Positions 29,811 to 43,154 of a DNA stretch of 64,000 bases are shown here, piece by piece. The notes beneath the pieces were generated by a model that saw nothing but the letters and a program-made list of their open reading frames with translations, had not been told where the DNA came from and made no database searches. Position 1 is the stretch's first letter; each line of letters starts with the position of its first letter. The translations under genes were made by a program, and so were the position numbers. The stretch comes from a bacterium (lineage in GTDB: Bacteria > CAYTYR01 > UBA6262), in contig JAQTPL010000004.1 in assembly GCA_028712895.1 (NCBI GenBank), positions 1,682-65,681 on the forward strand, given 5' to 3'.

Positions 29811-30539
29811 TTACTGATTAGGCTTATATCCCTTTTCTGTTATTAAGATCTCGGCCAGCCAAAGGTCCAGACTGTCGTGAATATCAACGCTTGGTAATTC
29901 TTCCCGGTTAATGACTATTTCAACTTGTTCTCCCAGGCGTTTCCCCTGTTTGATAAAAGCGACCCGGGTAGCGCAAGCCAATCCTGTGTCTTCCCGATAT
30001 AACGGTTCCCTTTTCTGCCGGGGACCATACTGCAAGTCCGGCGCTAAGCGGGTCATTTTCCCATCCACCCGCCGCCAATAGTTCTTATGCGTTTTGGTAG
30101 CTACAAAGACTGAATCCAGGCTTGGGTCAGACAAGATCTTCTGCACTGTTTCCTGCAGCATATACTTGGATCGGAATACGTCTGTCAATTGCAGGAATAC
30201 TACGATATCTGCTTGATACTGCTCATTTTGCTCCAGCCATTCAACGCAATGTTTCAGGACAGCTTCAGTAGTAGTGTCATCTTGCGATAGCTCAGCCGGC
30301 CGGATAAAAGGCACTTCTGCTCCACTGGCTTTGGCCACTTTAGCAATTTCCTGATCGTCTGTCGAAACGATTATTCGGTCGATCAACTGGCACTGCTTAG
30401 CAGCTTCAATGGTATAGGCGATCAGCGGTTTACCATCCAATAGCTTAATATTTTTCCTGGGCAATCCTTTCGATCCACCCCGAGCCGGGATGATTGCTAC
30501 TATCCTAGATTTATTCATTTCATTTTTAGTCATCTTCAA
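29811..30539 (-). CDS. CMP-sugar synthetase (acylneuraminate/ulosonate cytidylyltransferase family)
   Basis: IVAIIPARGGSKGLPRKNIKLLDGKPLIAYTI. The start could instead be the internal ATG at 30518. Confidence 0.8.
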   Translation of the reverse strand: MKMTKNEMNKSRIVAIIPARGGSKGLPRKNIKLLDGKPLIAYTIEAAKQCQLIDRIIVSTDDQEIAKVAKASGAEVPFIRPAELSQDDTTTEAVLKHCVEWLEQNEQYQADIVVFLQLTDVFRSKYMLQETVQKILSDPSLDSVFVATKTHKNYWRRVDGKMTRLAPDLQYGPRQKREPLYREDTGLACATRVAFIKQGKRLGEQVEIVINREELPSVDIHDSLDLWLAEILITEKGYKPNQ

Positions 30540-30625
30540 GTTAAAATCCCATCAATTAATTTGTATTTATTGCCTTACCAATATTAGCCCTTGAAAAGTG
30601 GAGCTTTATCTGGATACTTGCTGTT

Positions 30626-31930
30626 CTATTTTATAACTTTTCCAAGGCATTCATTATGGCCTGTTGGACTATATCTATAAATTATTGATCTCCATTGTTT
30701 ACTAAATTCCCAATTATAAAACCCGAAATCATCATATCGTCCGTCTTTGCTATCACTAACAGCCCTGTTATTGGAATAGAAATATCTAGAACTTATACGC
30801 TCTATTTGTTGTATATAAAAACTACCGTATTCTTTGGACATCTCTCCTAAAGATACGGTATTTACCACTAAATCTATAAAATTGTCGGGAATAAACTCGA
30901 TAGCCCATGTGGGCAAAACAAATATGTCATATTGGTCCCATTCCATTGAGCCTTTTTTAAAAAGCTCAATATTTAAATCAGACAGAACAGCTACTTTTTT
31001 ATGCGGCAATGCTTTTGATAAAAAATATCCAGCAAAAACACATACTTCTGGAAGGTCGACAAAAAATACTCTGCTTCTATTGTAATATGTACTTAACATT
31101 CTAGTTAATCCACCATATGCCCCTCCTAATTCCAATATATTCATTTTTTCATCTGATTTAAAATCTGTATTCCTGATTATCTGAGATAAATAATAAGCGT
31201 GTCTCAATAGACTCCTTGATAATCTCTGCCCACGATAAACAGGACACAAATTATTTCCAATAAAACTTTCACTTACAGATAACATGATTGCATGATCTAT
31301 AAGTTTGCTCATCCTGTGATAATGCAAAACTAACTGCAATGATTTTAAATATGAATAAAAATAACCTCTTTCAGGAAAAATCCTTTCAAGCTGGTCTCTT
31401 AGAATTTCTGCTTTAGATGTATATTTTCCCCTAAAATTATTCAACGCATCAATATTTATATTGCCATTTTCATCAAAATAAACTTTCCTAAACTCATTTG
31501 ACATTTCTTCCCACCATTTTGAATGAGGAAATCTTTTTGTATCAGACTCATGCGCTATTTTATATGATAATTGCAATCTACTGATAAGATCTGGGGAATT
31601 TCCGCTATTTATACTGGGAATATTAAATAATGGGGAACGCGGCCATATAATATTAGAGCACCCACGGCTATATAACTTTTCATAGTCAATCACTTCGAAA
31701 TATTCTAACAAAATTATCTTTTTAAATATCTTATTATTTGTAATTAAAGCCATTAACTGCTGAACCACGAGCAATATCCTTCCAAATAAATTATAATATT
31801 TAACAGCCTCGGGCATTGATGCAACTGCAATTGGCATGATTTTAATGGAGTCTGAAGTACACACGATTTTATACCAAAAGAATCGTAATACAAGGCAATA
31901 ATGTTTTATTACTCTAATTATTGTATTCAA
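30626..31930 (-). CDS. SAM-dependent methyltransferase-like protein (putative sugar O-methyltransferase)
   Basis: TTG start. MNILELGGAYGGLTRML motif I. Visibly more AT-rich than the flanking genes. Confidence 0.45.
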   Translation of the reverse strand: MNTIIRVIKHYCLVLRFFWYKIVCTSDSIKIMPIAVASMPEAVKYYNLFGRILLVVQQLMALITNNKIFKKIILLEYFEVIDYEKLYSRGCSNIIWPRSPLFNIPSINSGNSPDLISRLQLSYKIAHESDTKRFPHSKWWEEMSNEFRKVYFDENGNINIDALNNFRGKYTSKAEILRDQLERIFPERGYFYSYLKSLQLVLHYHRMSKLIDHAIMLSVSESFIGNNLCPVYRGQRLSRSLLRHAYYLSQIIRNTDFKSDEKMNILELGGAYGGLTRMLSTYYNRSRVFFVDLPEVCVFAGYFLSKALPHKKVAVLSDLNIELFKKGSMEWDQYDIFVLPTWAIEFIPDNFIDLVVNTVSLGEMSKEYGSFYIQQIERISSRYFYSNNRAVSDSKDGRYDDFGFYNWEFSKQWRSIIYRYSPTGHNECLGKVIK

Positions 31931-31962
31931 GTTATTCTCCTGTCATAATAATTTTCACAACT

Positions 31963-32178
31963 ACAGCTCTTGACGCAGTGGTGTCATCCTAAGCCAATTC
32001 AGCCGGACGGATAAAGGAAACCTCGGCACCATGGTTTTTTGCTGTTTGTGCGATCTCCTGGTCATCGGTTGAGACAATAACCCGGTCGATAAGAGTACAT
32101 TGTATTTTTCCTGGGTAATCCTTTTGATCCGCCTCGAGCCGGGATGATAGCTACTACGCGAGGTTTATTTTTTTTCAT
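31963..32178 (-). pseudogene. decayed 5' fragment of a cytidylyltransferase gene
   Basis: ATG 32178-32176 overlaps the TGA of the upstream gene (ATGA). It reads MKKNKPRVVAIIPARGGSKGLPRKN, then shows a roughly 60-nt deletion, a frame break and stops. Nucleotide homology to 30275-30518 of the intact paralogue. Confidence 0.75.
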
Positions 32179-33530
32179 TTATCATTATTTTGCCACCATT
32201 TGGAAATAAGTTGCTCAGCGACTTGGAAATCGCTCGCTTTACTGACATTAAGCATGTGGATCAACCCTTCAATCTCCAACAGTCCTACTTTGGGCCCCAG
32301 CCTTTCACCGCGACGAATAAATTCGCTATATGTTGCCGTACATAGTCCCGAGATTCCGATATGCAAAGGGTTCTTGTATTTACTCGGGACAAAGCCTTCA
32401 TCCAGCCGTATCAGCTTGTCTTCTTCTTCGCGCCAGCAGGATTTATATTCCGGAATAGCCGGCAAGACACTGTCAAAGCCTTCTTCTACCAGCATCCTGA
32501 TAGTTTGATCGATAATATTTTTTGGCCGGAAAGGATAAGTACTGCTTAAGTATACGACTACGTCAGGCAGAATTGCCTGTTTCTCCAAAGCTTCCACTGT
32601 ATACTTAAGTATTTCCTCAATTTCGATATAATCCTGTGAAAATTCCGGCGGCCTTTTCAGGCAGATTATTTTCTTATTTTTCTTGGCCAGCTGGCAATAT
32701 TCATCATTGTCGCAGGTTAAAATAATCTGCTTTATATAGCGGGAAGCCAAAGCCCGTTCAATGGTGTAGTCCACCAGCGGCCGGCCGCCTAAATTAGTTA
32801 TCTCCCCTTTTAACGGGATCACCGCCGCGCAATTCAGCTTCTCCGGATCAAGATTTTTGTTTAATTGCCCGTTTTCAAAAGTTTCCAGTATCCCCACTAT
32901 TTTACGGCATCTTTCCTCATCGGAGCTTTGATGTATCCCATGATAATGATAAACACTGGCTTCAGGGTCATAGATTATTTTATACCCCTGGGTTAAGACC
33001 TGTTTTCCCCAAACCCGGTCTTCAATATTCGAAACTTGCTCATCAAACGGTATTTTTTCCCATACTGACCGCTTGATCAGGCTATTGGCATTATGAAAGA
33101 AAGGATCCTTGACTTGTACCTTGCGATCAAGCCCAAAAGTAATAAGCAGGTCCCGTTTATCAAAATCACTGCTATAGGATAAAGGTTCCTGACGGCCATA
33201 TACCCCCGCGACGTCAGCAGGGCTAATACTGTTAACAAGATTAGATAACCACTTGTTATTAGTAGGGATACAATGCCCGGAAAGGCAGCAAATGTATTCA
33301 CCCTTTGACTCATTAATACCGTAGTTGATAGCTTTGCCCGGCTTGAAATCGTTTATCGAAACAATCTTTACATTATATAATTTAGCTTTATCGATAGTTT
33401 TATCAGTGCTTTTATTATCCACCAGGATAACTTCGAAATCCTGGAAATCCTGCTTAAAAACAGCCGCAAGGCAGGAAGAGATCCATCTTTCCTCATTTTT
33501 AGTCCTGATAATTATGGAAACTTTTGGCAT
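32175..33530 (-). CDS. fusion protein: N-terminal GT2 glycosyltransferase plus C-terminal cytidylyltransferase-like domain
   Basis: N-terminus VSIIIRTKNEE, VDNKSTD. From about aa 225, AAVIPLKGEITNLGGRPLVDYTIERA (CMP-sugar synthetase-like). Confidence 0.75.
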   Translation of the reverse strand: MPKVSIIIRTKNEERWISSCLAAVFKQDFQDFEVILVDNKSTDKTIDKAKLYNVKIVSINDFKPGKAINYGINESKGEYICCLSGHCIPTNNKWLSNLVNSISPADVAGVYGRQEPLSYSSDFDKRDLLITFGLDRKVQVKDPFFHNANSLIKRSVWEKIPFDEQVSNIEDRVWGKQVLTQGYKIIYDPEASVYHYHGIHQSSDEERCRKIVGILETFENGQLNKNLDPEKLNCAAVIPLKGEITNLGGRPLVDYTIERALASRYIKQIILTCDNDEYCQLAKKNKKIICLKRPPEFSQDYIEIEEILKYTVEALEKQAILPDVVVYLSSTYPFRPKNIIDQTIRMLVEEGFDSVLPAIPEYKSCWREEEDKLIRLDEGFVPSKYKNPLHIGISGLCTATYSEFIRRGERLGPKVGLLEIEGLIHMLNVSKASDFQVAEQLISKWWQNNDK

Positions 33531-33545
33531 AACTAACCTCTATGG

Positions 33546-34469
33546 CTAACGTTTAGATATGATTTTTGATATTTCTTCCAGCTGTTGAGCGAGTATGGCA
33601 AAATCTTTAAAATTAAGCGCCTGTAGCGGATCAACCCAGGCTTTTTCAGGATTGGGATGGACTTCGATCAACAATCCATTGGCCCCGGCAGCGATAGCGG
33701 CACGGGAAATAGCCGCGACATAGGACCGTTTGAAGGTGGCGTGACTGGGATCCACAAAAACCGGTACTGAAGGGGCATATTCCTTTAGCGCGGGAATTGC
33801 CTGGATATCGATAATAGCCCTGGACTCAACATTATGCGTATGCGGGGCCACTATTCCCCGTTCACAAAAGACGAAATTATGTTTCCCCCTGGCTTCAAAA
33901 TGTTCCCCAACTCCCAGCAGTGAACGCAAGCTTTCGCCATAGTGGCGCTTGATCATCACTGGCTTGTCTGTAGCGCACAAAGCTTCAATAAGATCCATAT
34001 TGAACATATGCCGATAACCGATCTGGAACATATCAACATATTTGGACATCATGGGTAATGAATCAGCATACACGATCTCTGAGATGATCGGCAACCCGTA
34101 TTTTTCACCGGCTTCTTTGAAATAAGCAAAACGTTTCTCTGCCCTTTGGAAGAGTTCTTTTTTGGGCATTATTTCTTTGCGGTCTTTACTCTTCTCAGTA
34201 GTATCCGAATCAGCCGCCCCGATAGGATCACCATAAGGGAAGGTCAATGGCTTAAAAATGCCGCCCCGGAGCATGGTAGCCCCAGCCTCTTTTACCCCCT
34301 TAGCCACTTCGAATATTTGCGTCCTGCTTTCTACCGTGCAGGGTCCGGCCATCAGGACGATCTTATCTCCGCCCAGGTTGATATCCTTGACTTTAATCTC
34401 CCGCTGGTAGTCTTTTCTGCTCACCAACGGGATATTATTCTGCAAATCATTTTGTGAAATATCCTTCAT
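33546..34469 (-). CDS. PEP-utilising aldolase of the DAHP synthase I-beta / KDO8P synthase fold, atypical
   Basis: [10 protein letters not shown] and [12 protein letters not shown]. The motif reads FKPLTFPYG where I recall KPR(S/T) in DAHPS. A charged insertion follows it. Confidence 0.7.
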   Translation of the reverse strand: MKDISQNDLQNNIPLVSRKDYQREIKVKDINLGGDKIVLMAGPCTVESRTQIFEVAKGVKEAGATMLRGGIFKPLTFPYGDPIGAADSDTTEKSKDRKEIMPKKELFQRAEKRFAYFKEAGEKYGLPIISEIVYADSLPMMSKYVDMFQIGYRHMFNMDLIEALCATDKPVMIKRHYGESLRSLLGVGEHFEARGKHNFVFCERGIVAPHTHNVESRAIIDIQAIPALKEYAPSVPVFVDPSHATFKRSYVAAISRAAIAAGANGLLIEVHPNPEKAWVDPLQALNFKDFAILAQQLEEISKIISKR

Positions 34470-34478
34470 ATCTGCTCC

Positions 34479-35267
34479 TTATGGTTGTTTGATCCAGTTA
34501 TGCTGCGGATCTTCGGCACCGACCAGTTTTTTACCCTCTCCCGAAAGGAAAAAAAGATAATGCAGGTTATATCCCGGCCCAGCGGCGATCTGATGATAAC
34601 CCCAAGGCATAAAAGTGATCGAATTCTGCTCCAGGAAGATCAGCTCATTGATCCCTCTCTCCGGGGAATAAAAACGTTCCAAGCCCCAGCCCTGAGGTTT
34701 ATCAGTACTAAAATAATATAATTCCTCATGTAAGGATTCCTGCGGCAAATTACTAACCTCATGCCTGTGAGGCGGAGTCCCGGACCAGTTCCCGGGGAAA
34801 TTAATGGTTTCCCCTACCAGCATATTGACTGCCGGTGATTCAGAGCCGATAATCATTCTCACTTCGCGGGACCAGTTATCTTTGCCCACAATATTCGGTT
34901 TTATTTTATCCGGGGTAAAGATAGCAGTTTCAGTCTGGATTTTGCAGGCTGAACGACAGACCGCGACTAAAGCCTGCTTTCCCTTCAATATGAATGCCGT
35001 TTGCGCAGGTATGTATATCCCGGTCGGCAGTCCGCTGAACACATTCTTGCGCTGGCCAAGATCCGCATATTCTTTTCCCTTAATGATTACCGAACATGAG
35101 CCGGCTAAGATTACCAGCCCAGTTTCAACGTCTTCTGCCGGAAAGGCCAATTCCTGCGCACTAGATATATTAACTATCGCAAAACCTTTAATATATTTAA
35201 AGACCCCCCCTGTATCAGCCTCATTAAGGCCCGGTTGTAGGGTCAGCCGCAGATCATATTTTCCCAT
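34479..35267 (-). CDS. KduI/IolB-family cupin sugar isomerase (IolB-like)
   Basis: GNWSGTPPHRHEVSNLPQESLHEELYYF ... GYHQIAAGPGYNLHYLF, closely resembling 5-deoxy-glucuronate isomerase as I recall it. Confidence 0.65.
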   Translation of the reverse strand: MGKYDLRLTLQPGLNEADTGGVFKYIKGFAIVNISSAQELAFPAEDVETGLVILAGSCSVIIKGKEYADLGQRKNVFSGLPTGIYIPAQTAFILKGKQALVAVCRSACKIQTETAIFTPDKIKPNIVGKDNWSREVRMIIGSESPAVNMLVGETINFPGNWSGTPPHRHEVSNLPQESLHEELYYFSTDKPQGWGLERFYSPERGINELIFLEQNSITFMPWGYHQIAAGPGYNLHYLFFLSGEGKKLVGAEDPQHNWIKQP

Positions 35268-35268
35268 C

Positions 35269-38071
<2,803 letters not shown>

Positions 38072-38103
38072 AAATTACTCCTGATAAAAATACACGATTT
38101 TTG

Positions 38104-38132
38104 ATTTTCTCATAATATTTTTTAAATGTCAA
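38104..38132 (-). promoter_or_regulatory. candidate sigma70-type promoter upstream of the wzz-like/fcl block
   Basis: On the minus strand, TTGACA (38132-38127), a 17-nt spacer, then GAAAAT (38109-38104). Sits in one of the few spacers over 90 nt in the glycan locus. Confidence 0.3.
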
Positions 38133-38166
38133 TCTAATACTGTATAAGTCAAGTTCTCCTGCAAAA

Positions 38167-39096
38167 CTATTTATTTTTCAAGAACCAGTGGATAGTATTC
38201 TGTAATCCTTGTTTCAACGTTACCTCTGGCTCCCACTTCAATAACTTCTTGGCCAGGGCAATATCCGGCTGCCTGACCTTAGGGTCATCTACCGGCAGGT
38301 CTTTGAAGACGATCTGGCTTTTAGTCTTAGTCATTTTCTTGATGATCTTGGCAAATTCCAGCACCGTCATCTCTTCCTGGTTGCCGATATTGATGGGCTC
38401 ATGGGTATTACTGAGTACTAACCGGTATATCCCCTCCACCAGGTCGCTGACATAACAGAAACTGCGGGTCTGCGAGCCGTCCCCGAACACGGTTAAAGGT
38501 TCGCCTTTTAACGCCTGATCAATAAAGCTCGGCACTACCCGGCCGTCATTCTTACGCATGCGCGGACCAAAAGTATTAAATATCCGCACTATTTTCACAT
38601 CCACCCCGTGAAAACGATGATACGCCATTGTCAGAGCTTCAGCAAAACGTTTAGCTTCATCATACACGCCGCGCGGGCCGATAGGATTGACATTCCCCCA
38701 ATAAGTCTCTTTCTGCGGATGCACTAACGGGTCGCCATATACTTCCGAGGTGGAAGCCAGCAGGAAGATGGCCTTTTTTTCTTTCGCCAAGCCCAGGGCT
38801 TTATGCGTGCCTAATGACCCGACTTTCAGTGTTTGTATAGGAAAATTCAGATAATCTATGGGACTGGCCGGTGAAGCAAAATGCAGTATAGCATCCAGTT
38901 TGCCCGGAACAAACATGAATTCAGTCACATCATGATGGATGAACCGGAATTTTTTATTCCCGATCAAATGGGCAATATTTTCCATATTGCCGGTGAGCAG
39001 GTTATCCATAGCGATAACAGTATGGCCCTTCTTGATAAACAGGTCGCATAAGTGAGAGCCCAAAAAACCCGCTCCGCCAGTGATCAGTACCTTCAT
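38167..39096 (-). CDS. uxs: UDP-glucuronate decarboxylase (UDP-xylose synthase)
   Basis: [46 protein letters not shown]. Confidence 0.85.
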   Translation of the reverse strand: MKVLITGGAGFLGSHLCDLFIKKGHTVIAMDNLLTGNMENIAHLIGNKKFRFIHHDVTEFMFVPGKLDAILHFASPASPIDYLNFPIQTLKVGSLGTHKALGLAKEKKAIFLLASTSEVYGDPLVHPQKETYWGNVNPIGPRGVYDEAKRFAEALTMAYHRFHGVDVKIVRIFNTFGPRMRKNDGRVVPSFIDQALKGEPLTVFGDGSQTRSFCYVSDLVEGIYRLVLSNTHEPINIGNQEEMTVLEFAKIIKKMTKTKSQIVFKDLPVDDPKVRQPDIALAKKLLKWEPEVTLKQGLQNTIHWFLKNK

Positions 39097-39116
39097 CTCG
39101 TTACTCCTCCGCTGAA

Positions 39117-40409
39117 TTATTTTCGGCCGATACTTTTGTATATAAACCCAAGTTTTTTCATTTTGGCTGGATCATAAATATTACGGCCATCAACAATAAT
39201 CGGGGTTTTCAGCAACTTTTTGATCCGGCCCAGATCCAGTTCTTTAAATTCGTTCCAATCCGTAACTATCACCAGCAGGTCACTGCCTTTGGCCACTTCA
39301 TAAGCATTCTGGCCATATTTTACCCCAGGCAAAACCTTCCGGGCTTTAGACATGGCAATCGGATCATAAGCCTTGATTTTAGCTCCCTCGGCTTGCAATG
39401 ATTTAATGATATCAATAGCCGGGGCAAAGCGCAAGTCATCGGTTTCCGGCTTAAAAGCCAGGCCCAGGACGCCTATGGTCTTATTTTTCAACACCCACAG
39501 GGACTCTTCTATTTTCTGCAATAACAGCTTCTTTTGCTGCTCGTTTATCTTCTGTACGGCTCTTAATAATTCAAAGTCATAGCCGCTTTTCTTGGCAATA
39601 TAAATAAAGGCCGCCAGGTCCTTGGGAAAACAAGAGCCGCCAAAGCCAACCCCGGCATTCAAGAATTCCCGGCCAATCCTTTTGTCATACCCCATCCCCT
39701 CTGCCACCTTTTCTACGTCCGCTCCCACCCGGTCACAGATATTAGCAACCGCATTGGCAAAGGATATCTTCATTGCTAAAAAAGAATTTGAAGCGTGTTT
39801 GATGATCTCTGAGCTTTTAATATCCGTCACGATGATCGGCGCCTTGAGAGGACGATAAAGCTCGCGCATAATTTTTTCCGCCCGCTTACTCGACACTCCC
39901 AGCACTATCCGGTCGGGATGCATGGTGTCTTTGATGGCTGATCCTTCTCTCAGGAATTCCGGGTTGGATACCACGTCAAAACCCGTTTTATGGGTATTAT
40001 ATAATTTAATGGTTTGCATTATTTTTTCGCCGGTTTCCACGGGCACGGTGCTTTTTTCCACGATAATTTTATATTCCCTCATATGCACGGCAATTTCTGC
40101 CGTTACTGTTTCCACAAAAGACAGGTCAGCTTCGCCATCTTCCTTGGGGGGTGTGTTGACGGAAATAAATATTATCTGGCTTTGCTCCACGCCTTCTTTG
40201 ATCTTAGTCGTAAATTCAAGCCTTTTTTCCTTAGTGTTCTTAACCACCAGTTCAGCCAGGCCCGGCTCATAGATAGGCATTTTGCCTTTCTTAAGCATAT
40301 TGATCTTTTCCTGGTTATTATCAACACAGATCACCTGATTGCCCAGATCCGCCAGGCAAGTTCCTGTTACCAAGCCTACATAACCTGTGCCGATTACACA
40401 AATCCTCAT
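39117..40409 (-). CDS. ugd: UDP-glucose 6-dehydrogenase
   Basis: [21 protein letters not shown] (catalytic Cys), 430 aa. Confidence 0.9.
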   Translation of the reverse strand: MRICVIGTGYVGLVTGTCLADLGNQVICVDNNQEKINMLKKGKMPIYEPGLAELVVKNTKEKRLEFTTKIKEGVEQSQIIFISVNTPPKEDGEADLSFVETVTAEIAVHMREYKIIVEKSTVPVETGEKIMQTIKLYNTHKTGFDVVSNPEFLREGSAIKDTMHPDRIVLGVSSKRAEKIMRELYRPLKAPIIVTDIKSSEIIKHASNSFLAMKISFANAVANICDRVGADVEKVAEGMGYDKRIGREFLNAGVGFGGSCFPKDLAAFIYIAKKSGYDFELLRAVQKINEQQKKLLLQKIEESLWVLKNKTIGVLGLAFKPETDDLRFAPAIDIIKSLQAEGAKIKAYDPIAMSKARKVLPGVKYGQNAYEVAKGSDLLVIVTDWNEFKELDLGRIKKLLKTPIIVDGRNIYDPAKMKKLGFIYKSIGRK

Positions 40410-40468
40410 GTTCTCTCCTTTAATTTAATAAGATATATTATACGACGATCTCTAATATCCGTACACCT

Positions 40469-41224
40469 TCAATCATTGCTCGTTCCTGATCTTAAGGATG
40501 TTCTGTATTTTATTGTTTGCACTAACGACTGAAGACTCACTTTAATAAGCTTCCAGCTTCTAATACTAATTTGCCCATATATCCTGTTTCTATGCGGTAC
40601 GTTTTTCTCCAGAACGCGCATTTTTCTATAGCCAGCCATACCGGAAATGATCAAGTTTGGCGCAAAGGTATCATTTGGAATATTAGTGAATATATCTCTA
40701 AAGCTATCCGTTCTCATTAAACGATATGGGGAATTGACGTCCCAGACCCCCCGGCCGTAACACACCCTGACGACCATTCGTGAACAAAAGCTCATGATCG
40801 AGCGGAATATATTGCTTTTCCTGCCGTCCCTTCTTCCGATAATAAAATCAAACTGATCTCTTTCTCGCCAAAGTTCCTTGAAGCACTCCGGAGGCATCTC
40901 CCCATCCGAGTCGACTTGAAATATCCATTCAGATCCCTTGTTTTCATTATAACCTAACAGTATGGTCGGCCCATGTCCGCTGTTTTTTTTATGGTAAACT
41001 TTTATTCTTTTGTTCGTCTGGCCAAGAAATTCCAGTTTTTCACTGGTCCGGTCTTTTGAACCGTCATTATAAATATTAATCCTAAAATCAATATTTAATG
41101 AAGATAACTCCTTTACCCAGTCAGTGACAACCCTGGTCACTCCTTCCGCCTCATTGTATACAGGCATTATAACATTCAGCTCAGGAGATATCGCCATAGT
41201 TTCTCCGCTTTTTAATGCTTTCAT
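40469..41224 (-). CDS. family 2 glycosyltransferase
   Basis: NVIMPVYNEAEG, YNDGSKD, QVDSDGE. The start could be ATG 41197. Confidence 0.75.
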   Translation of the reverse strand: MKALKSGETMAISPELNVIMPVYNEAEGVTRVVTDWVKELSSLNIDFRINIYNDGSKDRTSEKLEFLGQTNKRIKVYHKKNSGHGPTILLGYNENKGSEWIFQVDSDGEMPPECFKELWRERDQFDFIIGRRDGRKSNIFRSIMSFCSRMVVRVCYGRGVWDVNSPYRLMRTDSFRDIFTNIPNDTFAPNLIISGMAGYRKMRVLEKNVPHRNRIYGQISIRSWKLIKVSLQSLVQTIKYRTSLRSGTSND

Positions 41225-42338
41225 AAACGGCTAAAGCGCTGGCAATAGTCTGGTCCATGTCCAGATATTGGTATGATCCCAGCCTGCCGCCGAAAATAAT
41301 ATTTGTATGTTTTTTAGACTCTTTTATGTATTGAGAAAGAAGCAACTTGTCTCTTTGGGTCTGCACAGGATAATAAAATTCATCATCTCTTTCCGGGCTC
41401 TTGGAATACTCCCTGGCTATAACCGTCCTGTTTGTAGTTTCCGTAAATTCCCAATCATAATGTTTAAACTCATGTATCCTGGTAAATTTATATTTAATTT
41501 CCGGATAATTAATAACCGCTGTCCCCTGGTAGTCATTGGTATTCTTGGTATCAGTTTCGAATTTCAGGCTCCGCCAATTCAATTTCCCATATTTATAATT
41601 AAAATATTCATCAATTGGTCCAGAATAGATTATTTTGCATTTTTTAGAAAGCTGGCCGGCAATATCCCTAAACTTAGTATTCTTTAAGACTGTAATTAAT
41701 TTATTGGAAATCATTCTGCTAAATATTCGCCCATAACCTCCGATGGGGATACCTTGCCAATTATCTCTAAAATAACCGCCTAAGTAATTAAATCTTATTG
41801 GTAACCGGTTAATTACGGAGATCGGCAGCAATTTTGGATCCGCCCCCCACTGCTTCCTGGTATAACCTTTTATAAAAGCATCATATAGTCTCCGACCGAT
41901 GCTTTTAATGGCTTTTTCTTCCAGGTTTGTGACCTGCTTTATTTTTTCTTTGGCGATCTGTTTTTCGATAAAGGCCTTGGCTGCAGCAGGATCCAGATCT
42001 AATCCATAGAAATTATTAATCGTTTCCAGGTTTATTGGCAGAGGGAATTTTTTGTCTTGGTACTGGGTTATTACTTTATGACGATAATTATTAAAAGCAC
42101 AGAAGCTGTTAATATATTCCCATACTTTTTCATTTGAGGTATGGAAAATATGAGAACCATATTTATGGATCTCTATCCCAGTCTGAGGATCACCATAAGA
42201 AAAGCTATTACCTCCTAAATGGCTTCTTTTATCTATTATAGCTACTTTCTCTTTTAGATCTGCTGCTATTCTTTCAGCCAGTACAGACCCAAAAAAGCCG
42301 GCTCCCACAATTACATATGAATACTCTTTAAACTCCAA
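41181..42338 (-). CDS. glf: UDP-galactopyranose mutase
   Basis: TTG at 42338 after AAGGAAGGA, whereas the track start 42461 overlaps rfbF. YVIVGAGFFGSVLAERIA FAD motif. About 385 aa. Confidence 0.85.
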   Translation of the reverse strand: MEFKEYSYVIVGAGFFGSVLAERIAADLKEKVAIIDKRSHLGGNSFSYGDPQTGIEIHKYGSHIFHTSNEKVWEYINSFCAFNNYRHKVITQYQDKKFPLPINLETINNFYGLDLDPAAAKAFIEKQIAKEKIKQVTNLEEKAIKSIGRRLYDAFIKGYTRKQWGADPKLLPISVINRLPIRFNYLGGYFRDNWQGIPIGGYGRIFSRMISNKLITVLKNTKFRDIAGQLSKKCKIIYSGPIDEYFNYKYGKLNWRSLKFETDTKNTNDYQGTAVINYPEIKYKFTRIHEFKHYDWEFTETTNRTVIAREYSKSPERDDEFYYPVQTQRDKLLLSQYIKESKKHTNIIFGGRLGSYQYLDMDQTIASALAVYESIKKRRNYGDIS

Positions 42339-42366
42339 GGCTGTTTCCTTCCTTGAATGTAAAGTA

Positions 42367-43140
42367 CTATTTCCATACCTTCCAGGGAGCCTGGCCTGAC
42401 TGCCAGAGCTGTTCCAGTTCATTTTTGTCCCTGAGGGTATCGGTAGAACGCCAGAATCCATTATGCCGATATGCCGCTAACTGTCCTTCTTGAGCGAGCC
42501 TGGCCATTGGTTCCTTCTCCCAGGCTGTACCATCACCTTCAATATATTTGAATACTTCTGGCTGCAGGACAAAGTATCCCGCATTGATCCAGGCATTATC
42601 GCCTTTTGGTTTTTCCATGAATGAGGCTACTTTATCTTCCGCGGCTATATCTATAATTCCAAAGCGGCCCAGGGACTGTACCGCAGTAGCTGTCGCCAGT
42701 GTTTTATGCTCCTGGTGGAATTTTACCAGGGTGGAGATATCGATATTGCCTATCCCATCGCCATAGGACATCATAAACGGGTTATTACCGATGTATTTCT
42801 CGACTCTTTTTAAGCGCCCGCCAGTCATAGTTTCCGGCCCGGTATCTACCATAGTCACTTTCCAAGGCTCAGAAGCACCGGTATGAATGCTCATACTGTT
42901 CTTGGCCAGGTCAAAGGTAACATCGCTCAGGTGTAAAAAATAATGGGAGAAAAATTCCTTCACCGCGTAGCCATTATTACCCAGACAGATCACAAACTCA
43001 TTGAATCCAAAATGAGAATATGTTTTCATGATATGCCATAATACAGGCTTACCGTCGATCTCTATCATTGGCTTAGGTATAGTTTGTGTTTCCTCACTCA
43101 TCCTGATGCCTTTGCCGCCTGCTAAAATCACTACTTTCAT
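42367..43140 (-). CDS. rfbF: glucose-1-phosphate cytidylyltransferase
   Basis: MKVVILAGGKGIRMSEETQTIPKPMIEIDGKPVLWHIM. 257 aa. Confidence 0.85.
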   Translation of the reverse strand: MKVVILAGGKGIRMSEETQTIPKPMIEIDGKPVLWHIMKTYSHFGFNEFVICLGNNGYAVKEFFSHYFLHLSDVTFDLAKNSMSIHTGASEPWKVTMVDTGPETMTGGRLKRVEKYIGNNPFMMSYGDGIGNIDISTLVKFHQEHKTLATATAVQSLGRFGIIDIAAEDKVASFMEKPKGDNAWINAGYFVLQPEVFKYIEGDGTAWEKEPMARLAQEGQLAAYRHNGFWRSTDTLRDKNELEQLWQSGQAPWKVWK

Positions 43141-43154
43141 CCTGCTCTTCCTCC

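Noticed and set aside
33546-34469. DAHPS-fold gene as the aromatic-pathway enzyme feeding the trp operon
   Set aside because: It lies 24 kb from trp inside the glycan locus next to cytidylyltransferases, and it shows an altered aldose-phosphate motif plus an insertion. It is kept as an alternative under would_refute.
42339-42461. N-terminal extension of the glf ORF
   Set aside because: It overlaps rfbF. A TTG at 42338 preceded by AAGGAAGGA gives a normal-length mutase starting just before the FAD motif.
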